Shown here: piece after piece, positions 31,734-39,319 of the stretch
How positions within the stretch are numbered: the first letter of the stretch is position 1
How the letters are laid out: each line of letters begins with the position of its first letter
DNA from: Candidatus Poribacteria bacterium
GTDB taxonomy: Bacteria; Poribacteria; WGA-4E; WGA-3G
Direction of reading: 5' to 3'
NCBI GenBank assembly: GCA_965198235.1
Contig: OZ240248.1
Span: 1,440,001-1,504,000 of the forward strand
Length of the DNA stretch: 64,000 bases
The notes under the pieces: generated by a model
What the model was told of the DNA's origin: nothing
Seen by the model: the letters and a program-made list of their open reading frames with translations, nothing else
Databases searched by the model: none
Translations under genes and position numbers: made by a program

Positions 31734-32087
31734 GTGTCAGAAAATATTAGAATATCCATGTTTGAAGTTGTAGGCAACCCTTTCTGCGTTGCTTCTGATG
31801 ACGGTCAGAAGGTTTATGACTATCTTGACACCGCTCTTAAAGCGGATCGAGAGGTAGCACTTTCATTTCGCAACGTCACAGCACTGACGGGTGCTTTCCT
31901 GAACGCTGCGGTAGGTCAGTTATATGGCACATTCAATGAAGAAAAAATCCATTCTCTGTTGAAAGTTGAAGATGCTGAACAAGACGATCTGGTACTATTG
32001 AATAGTGTTATCAATAAAGCCAAGTTGTACTTCAAAGATCCGAAAAGATATAACCAAGCGATTCGGGAAGCCATAGAGGATGGATAA
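31734..32087 (+). CDS. STAS-like domain protein (DUF4325)
   Basis: DGQKVY...VALSFRNV..LT.AFLNAAVGQLY; SD AGGAG. Confidence 0.75.
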   Translation: MSENIRISMFEVVGNPFCVASDDGQKVYDYLDTALKADREVALSFRNVTALTGAFLNAAVGQLYGTFNEEKIHSLLKVEDAEQDDLVLLNSVINKAKLYFKDPKRYNQAIREAIEDG

Positions 32088-32216
32088 CAATGATGCATAA
32101 AGCATGACCAGTCGATTCTCATCTTGGTTATTATAACGCAGGTTGCCATCTTTGTAGCATAATCTTTTAGATTGTGCCTGCGTGTGTCGCAAATTAAATG
32201 AAGTTTAAAAAAATAT

Positions 32217-32324
32217 TTCGGTAATCATAGAAGACCGATTCCCAATCAAGAAACGTCTGTAATCCTGTAAATCACAGAATCACAGAAATCACAGTTCAGA
32301 CAATGGACCCTCCACATTACCGAA
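32217..32324. mobile_element. MITE-like element with TTCGGTAAT TIR
   Basis: ttcggtaat...attaccgaa, same ends as 21848-22000; interior has aatcacag microrepeats ending in ttcagaca. Confidence 0.6.
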
Positions 32325-32437
32325 TTAAAAAATTAATCTTCATACAGTTTACGCTACAAAACCCCGCGGATACCCAACGGCTTTCAATAAACCGAAGACC
32401 GGCTACCATTCCTCAACTTTGAAGAGCTGTTCTATTT

Positions 32438-34303
32438 TCACGTAAACAGTGGAAATTCGAGTTGTTGTGGTTCTGTCTGTGTAGGCTTCGGTTGCCGGAT
32501 CTGTTCTGTTTCAGTTTTAGGCACGGTGTATGTTTCCGGTTTTTGCATCGGTTTCGGATAGGAGCCTGTATCTTTTCTATATCCATACCTATATCCATCG
32601 CGATGTCTGAAGCGTCTTAATTGGCTGAGGTTACCTGATTCACGTTTGTCTTTTGTATCTTTATAAAAATTATTTACACGGCATTCTTGCGGTTTCCCTG
32701 GAGGGGTCTTCTCAAAGCAGTTAATTACACCTTCTACGCGCCCGCTCTTCTTTGTTAGATAGACATGGTCGCCTCTGTGAAAACCGTTAATGTGAGATGC
32801 TTTGAAAATTTTCTGACGGAACCCTGGAAATTTTCCGCCTTTGGTACACCCAAAGCGATATTTGAGGTTATTCCGGCTTCCGTAGCCAAGGGCATGTATC
32901 ACAAATACAGGGACTTTCGCACAGGCTTCTTGTGGTGTGTTTTCAACGGCGGCTGCATCATAATAATGTGTCTTCGGCAGCCCAGCACTGTTACGGTTGT
33001 AGGCTGTCCGTCCTCCAGAACCACAAAATACAGGGAGTTGTGTCGCCTGTAGGGTCTCTACAAGTTTCCACCGAATCGTATTCACTGCCGCCGCGTCTGA
33101 TAACGAGAATCCGCGCTTTGATTTTGATAATACCGTCTTTTTTATTTTCTTTGCAATCTCTGGATGCCGCTTTTCTAATTCTTTACCCCAAAGTCCACCC
33201 TTTTTCTGGTTACACGTGTGACATGCCATCGTGAGGTTGTCGAGCCTGTCTGAACCGCCAAGGGCTTGTGGATAAATGTGTTCTATCTCTAAACGCTGCC
33301 CACCTTTGCCACAATAAGCACATTTTCGCTTCGTTAATTCCAATAAATACTCTCTCTTTTCACGTCTATATAAGGGCCCCCGTTGATATTCAATACCGTG
33401 AATATCGGGGTTCTCTAACAGTTGCATATCAAACTTGACTTCCTCAATAGCTAGACGTTTTATCGAATAGAGATTTGTCAATCTGCGTGTCCATGTTTCT
33501 AAGTTGAATACACGAGACATAAGACTCGGTGCAATCCAGCCGTTATCAGCACGTTTTTTGTGTCCAATACGCTCACGTTTCCAACGATACTTCGTGGGTG
33601 GCGTATTCTTCAACTTTGCTTTCAGGGCACTTCGTAAGAACCCTAACGTTTTCGACATCAGGGCATCGCGTTCCGCTTTTTTATCACGCATCATGATATG
33701 GTGAATCAGCTCGTCTCTTGTAAGACGTGCGACCTCTGCGTTCGTCATCTCAGGCATGAATTCTTTACGGGTACGGGATTTGATACGAGTATAACGATAC
33801 CGCTTGTCTTTCAATTGCGCAGACGACACTCTCACAAACTTGTTCTTCGTTTTTGACGAGTCTTTCGATAGATCGGACTCGTCTTCAGCACGTCTGTACC
33901 TCCATCCTTCAGTTTCCGTGAGAACAGGCACTTTACGTCCACGATTCGCCCAGCGCGCTGGCCGGTGTCGTAAATTTCGGGTTCTCCGCCCACGACGAAA
34001 GCCCGCTCTCTCTTTCAAAGCCTTCTTTATCTGGATCCCCCGATGATGAAGTTCTGCCTTCATGACAATGTTGTTCTCATTGTCTAAAATCGCAATCCCT
34101 GATGTTCGGGAACCTGGGTCCCAATTTAGAGAATAAACACCCGTTACGATCTCGTCCTCTGGTATCACGCGCTTGAGGATAATTGCAAACGGATATTTGC
34201 ACCATACTGCCGCCTCCCCATCACGAAGCAAACGACGGGCAACTGCGGGATGGCAGGGTTCCAAGACTTTCTTTTCAGAATCTATAACCGCAACTTTAAA
34301 CAT
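32438..34303 (-). CDS. iscB: IscB RNA-guided endonuclease (OMEGA), enlarged and CRISPR-associated
   Basis: PLMP-like VLEPCHPAVARRLL...YPFAIIL; RuvC-I WDPGSRTSG; bridge helix RRGRRTRNLRHRPARWANR; GWIAPSL; RuvC-II IEEVKFD...GIEYQRG; HNH CAYC...EIEHIYP...GGSD..DNL..ACHTCN; RuvC-III THYYDA. Confidence 0.95.
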   Translation of the reverse strand: MFKVAVIDSEKKVLEPCHPAVARRLLRDGEAAVWCKYPFAIILKRVIPEDEIVTGVYSLNWDPGSRTSGIAILDNENNIVMKAELHHRGIQIKKALKERAGFRRGRRTRNLRHRPARWANRGRKVPVLTETEGWRYRRAEDESDLSKDSSKTKNKFVRVSSAQLKDKRYRYTRIKSRTRKEFMPEMTNAEVARLTRDELIHHIMMRDKKAERDALMSKTLGFLRSALKAKLKNTPPTKYRWKRERIGHKKRADNGWIAPSLMSRVFNLETWTRRLTNLYSIKRLAIEEVKFDMQLLENPDIHGIEYQRGPLYRREKREYLLELTKRKCAYCGKGGQRLEIEHIYPQALGGSDRLDNLTMACHTCNQKKGGLWGKELEKRHPEIAKKIKKTVLSKSKRGFSLSDAAAVNTIRWKLVETLQATQLPVFCGSGGRTAYNRNSAGLPKTHYYDAAAVENTPQEACAKVPVFVIHALGYGSRNNLKYRFGCTKGGKFPGFRQKIFKASHINGFHRGDHVYLTKKSGRVEGVINCFEKTPPGKPQECRVNNFYKDTKDKRESGNLSQLRRFRHRDGYRYGYRKDTGSYPKPMQKPETYTVPKTETEQIRQPKPTQTEPQQLEFPLFT

Positions 34304-34324
34304 AAATGTTCTCTCAATAAGGTA

Positions 34325-34542
34325 TAATTCTTCTACTAAAAGCAGAAGATATTGACCTTTAGAGGTAAAGTGAGCCTCGTCAATGTTATCCGTGCTTTAT
34401 TCAGGGTTGACAGCGTATTGTAAAGCCATTTACATTGCACCCGACAGAGCTTTAGGCTGGCGTCATGCACCCAAAGGTGTCTATATCACCGGTAACGTAG
34501 TTGAAAACTTAGACTAGATACCACTTGAGCATGGAGTTGCAA
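34325..34542 (-). ncRNA. omegaRNA (HEARO-like) scaffold beginning with an anti-repeat (tracrRNA-like)
   Basis: Minus strand reads, in order: CTAGTCTAAG, AACTACGTT, ATAGACACC..TGGGTGC, GCCAGCC.AAAGCTCTG, AACATTGACGAGG, CACTTTACC, then hairpin TCTTCTGCT-TTT-AGTAGAAGA. These match my recollection of conserved omegaRNA blocks, directly upstream of iscB. Ends are approximate. Confidence 0.85.
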
Positions 34543-34636
34543 ATTTGCCGTCAATCTCCCGGTGAATTCACACTATCGGAGGTCGACAGCAAAATTCTTA
34601 AGAGGATTGCCGGTGACACCTACATTCTTGCATAGC

Positions 34637-35210
34637 GTTGCAACGCAAACATGCCCAAGCGATAACTGCATCTCGATGTGATAGTCGCGCCCGACATCAG
34701 AGTTGCAACGCAAACATGCCCAAGCGATAACTCACAACGATGTAGATCGCTTTCTTCGGCTGATAGGGTTCCAACGCAAACATGCCCAAGCGATAACTGA
34801 CGATATGATTAGACAAACTGGCAATGTAATCACGTTCCAACGCAAACATGCCCAAGCGATAACTCTTTCTCTGGATCGTATTGGGAATCGAGGTACGTAG
34901 GTTGCAGTTCAAACAGGCCCATAGGTGTCAATTTTAGAAAATATATCCGTCTTTTATGGGACTTGCGTGCTATATCTTGTCTGAATCACGGATGACACGG
35001 ATTTCGCAGATTTCGCAGATTTTGGAGTTCTCTGTCCGTGCGAGGTCTTTAGTAAGTGTTGGGTTTCACTGAGTATGTCTGTGATGGCAAGTATATGAAC
35101 GGTGGCTTAGTTTTCTATGAGTTGAAAGCATTTGTGGTTATCCGTTCAACCCAACCTACGATACTAAATTGACACCTATGGTTGCAACGCAAACATGCCC
35201 AAGCGATAAC
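34637..35210 (-). CRISPR. CRISPR array, 30-nt repeat GTTATCGCTTGGGCATGTTTGCGTTG(C/G)AAC (minus strand), 4 unique spacers, interrupted by a MITE
   Basis: Full repeats at 34637-34666, 34702-34731, 34768-34797, 34834-34863 and 35181-35210; partial degenerate repeat at 34901-34920 (16/20); spacers of 35, 36, 36 and 37 nt, mutually unrelated. Confidence 0.95.
34920..35180. mobile_element. composite MITE with CATAGGTGTCAATTT(T)AG TIRs inside the CRISPR array
   Basis: cataggtgtcaattttag at 34920 and ctaaattgacacctatg ending at 35180; same TIR end at 22268-22285; interior holds two other repeat families. Confidence 0.78.
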
Positions 35211-35294
35211 GAGCGTAGGGGGCAAGGCTGGTTCTATAATGGACACTACACATCACCGTATTTGTGAAAGCAGTTGAGACCTCCCAAATCCAAG

Positions 35295-36224
35295 CTACCC
35301 CCAAACGCCGATGTCCTGTAATATCGACTTTTTGATTTTGCAGACCATCGTATACGCCGGATCGAAGACGTTCCCCATATCGTATTCTACCGCTTGCCCT
35401 AAAAGGATGTGTGCGGCACGTTTTTCTAAACCGAGTTCACCCAACCACCGAAGAAGTTCCGTCGTGGCGTGTTGCACCGCTTGATCCAACGGACGTGCAT
35501 TTCCCGCTGCTAAAATATAATCGCTGTTTTCCGCACGGGGCCAGTTGATGCTTTTTCCTTTAAGCACTTCAACCGTAAACTGCACATCGAAAGAGATTTC
35601 GATCCCAGTCCCGACGATTTCGCCATCACCCTGCACGGCGTGTCCATCACCGAGATGAAAGAGCCCACCGGGGACGAAAACCGGGAAGTAGACGGTAACA
35701 CCCTCCTTGAAACCGCGATAATCCATGTTTCCGCCGTGTGTAGAGGAAGTCGCCGTTGAAATCGCTTGTCCTCGCGGCGGTGCCACCCCGAAACATCCCA
35801 CCATCGGTTCAAGCGGCAGCGTGAGTTTACCCAACTGCGTCACTGAGGTCATCAATGTCGCCGTCCATTTTTCCACATCGACATGCCACTCTGCGAGACC
35901 ACGACCACCTTCCGGCATCTCGGACGCTACATAGTCGGGATCGAGGACATTGGGAGCAACGGTCATAGCCGTCCGTCCGATCGAGCGATTCGGAACTATC
36001 CGATCGAAATGAACTGCTAACGTATCCCCGGGTTCTGCCGATTCAATATAAAAAGGACCTGTTTGTGGGTTGCCTCTTTCAGTTACCTGTGTATCGTTGG
36101 CATCGTAGCCCGCGTTATCCACGGTTGTTGTGAAAACGGTGTCGCCGCTTTCAATATGGAGCACCGGTTCGTGCGCGCCAATTGCTGTATAATAGACCGT
36201 CGGTTCAAAGTGATGTGTCGCCAT
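35295..36224 (-). CDS. acetamidase/formamidase family protein
   Basis: NPQTGPFYIESAEPGD, GGNMD, GDGHAVQGDGEI.GTGIE. Confidence 0.92.
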   Translation of the reverse strand: MATHHFEPTVYYTAIGAHEPVLHIESGDTVFTTTVDNAGYDANDTQVTERGNPQTGPFYIESAEPGDTLAVHFDRIVPNRSIGRTAMTVAPNVLDPDYVASEMPEGGRGLAEWHVDVEKWTATLMTSVTQLGKLTLPLEPMVGCFGVAPPRGQAISTATSSTHGGNMDYRGFKEGVTVYFPVFVPGGLFHLGDGHAVQGDGEIVGTGIEISFDVQFTVEVLKGKSINWPRAENSDYILAAGNARPLDQAVQHATTELLRWLGELGLEKRAAHILLGQAVEYDMGNVFDPAYTMVCKIKKSILQDIGVWG

Positions 36225-36313
36225 TTTTTAATTTTTCCTTGCGGTTCGTTCAGGTGGATTGGATAAATAACGTTACCCGCCGTATATCCGCCTGCGCCGT
36301 TGTTGCAGGCTAC
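36225..36313 (-). repeat. single CCGAACCGCAAGG-family element abutting the amidase start codon
   Basis: Minus strand: gtagcctgcaacaacggcgcaggcgg...cgaaccgcaaggaaaaattaaaaa-ATG; same ends as the 15161 units. Confidence 0.85.
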
Positions 36314-36736
36314 AATTTTGCTTTATTTTTTCCAAGATAAAAGAAACGTCAAAATTCCGAAGCATCGTTGAGACTTAAACAGAAACCTGCCCGTAATGGA
36401 ATGGAGGGGTTTTTGCTTGGGTGTTTCTTTGCCCAGGAGCAATAAATTAAAAAGCAATGTGAATAATATATCACGTTCGAGAGGCATCGTCAAGATAAGA
36501 ACATTAACCCATACGACGATTGGATATTGAGCGGTTTTCATAGTCGGGTTCCCTAAAATCCGCGAAATCTGTGTAATCCGTATAATCCGCGATTCAGACA
36601 ATTAACACCCGACACGAGCCACTTAATCCTTAAATTTCATGTAATCATGCCGACTTTGCTGACTGCTGATGGAAACCGACAGCCAATTACTGATAACTGA
36701 TAATCGGATACCTCTACAGGTCTCCCGAAAAATGAT

Positions 36737-36765
36737 TTGACATCCCTAAACCCTTGTGTTAAACT
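36737..36765 (+). promoter_or_regulatory. sigma70 promoter
   Basis: TTGACA-N17-TAAACT with TGn extension. Confidence 0.65.
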
Positions 36766-36797
36766 CTTTAAAAATTCAAAGTCGAAGAAGGAGCATC

Positions 36798-38258
36798 ATG
36801 AAACAAACCTTTAAAAATGTAATAAAAAACCGAACAAGTAGGACAGTCTTAACTATTTTTTTATTTCTTATTTTCGTTGTAAACGCCAATGCCGCACACA
36901 ACTGGACAGAACAAATTGCCGCCTTCAAACCGATGGTGGTGAATGTCGAAACCTCCTCTGAGATAGTCTTTGAGACAGAGGCAAAAGGCACGAGTTTCGC
37001 TACTGGTTTTGTTGTAGACGCAGAACGTGGAATTATCGCCACAAACCGACATGTCACCGGTAGCAGTCCCGCCTATGTCAAAATCAACTTTCACGATGGT
37101 AGTTTTACGGAAGCGCGTATCCTTTACTACGATCCAACCCACGACTTCGGGTTTTATCAGATTGATCCCACTGAGGTTGATTTTGAACTCCAAGCCGTTG
37201 AACTCGGTGAATGGAGCGAACTTGCCCTCGGTGATGAGCTTCTACTCATCGGCAACAACGAGAAAGAGGAGTATTCAATCAAATTCGGGACGATCGCGAA
37301 CCTCAACGTCAACAAAGGCGACCGTCACTCCAGTTATATCCACACCACATTCGACCGGACGGGTGGCTCAAGCGGGAGTCCTGTGTGGAATACCAAAGGT
37401 GAGGTCATCGCTATTCACGCACGCGGCACGGATACTTCCAGTTTTGAACTGCCGATTGATTACCTCTACGATGCCCTTGAATTGATTCGCAACAAAACGT
37501 CAATCCAGCGCGGCGAGATCGGTGTTGATTTAGAACTTATCTCTATTGGAGAAGCCATCAAACACTTCAATTTCCCAACTGCTTTACGAAAAGAGATAGG
37601 TCCCTCCAAAGCTGGAACGCCCAAGGTTATTCAGATTGAATCCATTGTCCCGCGGACAACAGGCGAGACCATCCTCCGCGCATCCGATATTATCTATCGT
37701 ATTGATAATGAGCTTATCAGGGATGACCTCTATACCTTTGATGCTATCCTGAACCGGAATGTCGGAGAGAGCGTCAACTTGGAAATCTACCGGAACGGCG
37801 AGAACCTGAAACTTGATGTGCCTGTGGAGGCCTTAGAGGCGAAGAAGGTGCGGCGATTCGTCAGATTCGGCGGGGCTGTCTTTCACGATATTACGCCGCA
37901 GCTCCGACGGATACTCTTCTTAGAAGCCGATGGTGTCTATTTACCGCACGCCGCTGCGGGCAGTAGCTTCTCACGTGTCGGTTTACAGGAGCGGAACGGG
38001 AACTCTAAGGTAGTGATTCTTGATATAAACGGAAAACAGATTCGCAACCTCGATGATTTCATTGAGGCGTGCAAAACCATTATTGATGGACAGCACACCT
38101 ACGTTGTCGTCCGAGATTTCAATCTGTTCGATAGTTCGCCGACCCCGAAAAGTTTGACGGTCAACCTCAAATTTGGTCCATTGCAGCAGTTTGAATGGAA
38201 TCAAGAGGCATTGGATTGGGAAGAGGTGGTTGCTGATGGCTATTCTACTGAAAATTGA
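36798..38258 (+). CDS. secreted trypsin-like serine protease with PDZ-like domains (HtrA/Nma111-like)
   Basis: Signal peptide ending ANA; triad TNRHV, HDFG, GGSSGSP; start after AAGGAG. Confidence 0.85.
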   Translation: MKQTFKNVIKNRTSRTVLTIFLFLIFVVNANAAHNWTEQIAAFKPMVVNVETSSEIVFETEAKGTSFATGFVVDAERGIIATNRHVTGSSPAYVKINFHDGSFTEARILYYDPTHDFGFYQIDPTEVDFELQAVELGEWSELALGDELLLIGNNEKEEYSIKFGTIANLNVNKGDRHSSYIHTTFDRTGGSSGSPVWNTKGEVIAIHARGTDTSSFELPIDYLYDALELIRNKTSIQRGEIGVDLELISIGEAIKHFNFPTALRKEIGPSKAGTPKVIQIESIVPRTTGETILRASDIIYRIDNELIRDDLYTFDAILNRNVGESVNLEIYRNGENLKLDVPVEALEAKKVRRFVRFGGAVFHDITPQLRRILFLEADGVYLPHAAAGSSFSRVGLQERNGNSKVVILDINGKQIRNLDDFIEACKTIIDGQHTYVVVRDFNLFDSSPTPKSLTVNLKFGPLQQFEWNQEALDWEEVVADGYSTEN

Positions 38259-39081
38259 TAGCCACTCCAATGAAATCAGATGCGGAATGCTTCTCGAAAA
38301 TTCGGGCATAATTGGCGTGAATCCCTTTCCACGTAATACCTATTCCACCTGTTAGTGCCCCATTTGAGATACCGAGACGGATAGGGAGTATCGGGAAAGG
38401 ATGCCATTCCGCGCCGGTGTATAATTCTGGAGTCCTGCCTTCGGTAGAAAGGGCGAAATCAACTGAAAATTCGCAGGGCGTGCTTTGCAACCAGTGATCC
38501 GCGTAACGATAGGAGATACCGAGTGTCAACCATTGGATGCCATAACCTTCCAGATTCTGCGCGAGGCACCCGAACTTGAGATTCGGACGTGGTTTGAAAA
38601 GCAAACCGAGATCATACGACATCTCGTAGCCGAAGAATTGATAGACATCGGATGGGTGTCTTCGTTTAAACTTGAGACTTAATCCCGCGGCGGCATACGG
38701 ACCGAGTTGACGCGCAATGCCATAATAATTGAAATCGGGAACACCGCTGTCGACACCGATAGCGATTTTGTTTCCCCAAAATAGACTGTAATCGCGGTAA
38801 CTATAAGCGATACCCTTCGGGTCGAATCGGTAATCGCTTCGGTCGTGAAGCTTGTTGACTGCAAAGAGTTTCACACCCTGCCACTGAATGAGTCCCGCTG
38901 GGTTCCAAAAGCCTGCACTGGCATCGTCGGCGACAGCAGTAAAGGCATTGCCCATCCCTAATGCACGCGCACCGACATAGAGCGGTCGCGCCGATTCAAA
39001 GGGTCTTTTATCAGGGGATGTCTCCGCACATACTGGGACTATCAACCAGAGAAGACATAGAGTAGCGTAGGTCGTTTTCAT
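38245..39081 (-). CDS. PorV/UPF0164-like outer-membrane beta-barrel protein
   Basis: Signal peptide; GARALGMGNAFTAVADDASAGFWNPAGL motif; alternating beta pattern at the C-terminus. Confidence 0.65.
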   Translation of the reverse strand: MKTTYATLCLLWLIVPVCAETSPDKRPFESARPLYVGARALGMGNAFTAVADDASAGFWNPAGLIQWQGVKLFAVNKLHDRSDYRFDPKGIAYSYRDYSLFWGNKIAIGVDSGVPDFNYYGIARQLGPYAAAGLSLKFKRRHPSDVYQFFGYEMSYDLGLLFKPRPNLKFGCLAQNLEGYGIQWLTLGISYRYADHWLQSTPCEFSVDFALSTEGRTPELYTGAEWHPFPILPIRLGISNGALTGGIGITWKGIHANYARIFEKHSASDFIGVAINFQ

Positions 39082-39211
39082 TCTGGGTAATTTAGCATGA
39101 AATACGCAATATCGCAAGGGAATGGTATCGGTTTTGATCCCAACTCGGCTCCAATACAAAGCTTAAAAGCACGAGTTGCGGGTCAAAATTTGCCTTGCAG
39201 TAAGAGTTAAC

Positions 39212-39319
39212 AGAGAAACAATCTTAAAACCGTACATGTCCCCAACTCGGTCGCGATTCACCGAAAACCATCGTGGAACGTAGTGGAACGATGCCCAGGA
39301 GCCTAATAGTTAAAGAAAA
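39212..39319 (+). repeat. dispersed repeat ending at a start codon (second copy 48219-48359)
   Basis: aacaatctt..accgtacatg...gcgattcaccgaaaaccatcgtggaacg...tggaacgatgcccaggag shared by both copies. Confidence 0.8.

Noticed and set aside
32330-32437. IS200/IS605 right end or tnpA next to iscB
   Set aside because: No convincing subterminal hairpin and no Y1 transposase ORF seen; absence judged by eye only
32438-34303. Calling the nuclease Cas9, TnpB/Cas12 or a plain HNH protein
   Set aside because: It keeps the PLMP-like N-terminus and IscB-specific motifs (GW..PSL, KFD.Q....P.I.G.EYQ.G), has HNH inside a split RuvC and is only 621 aa; IscB fits best
34667-34900. Self-targeting of spacers within the window
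   Set aside because: No match noticed by eye; not exhaustive and needs an alignment
34697-34912. Short ORFs 34697-34912 (-) and 34703-34900 (+) with repeated peptides
   Set aside because: They are translations of the CRISPR repeats and spacers
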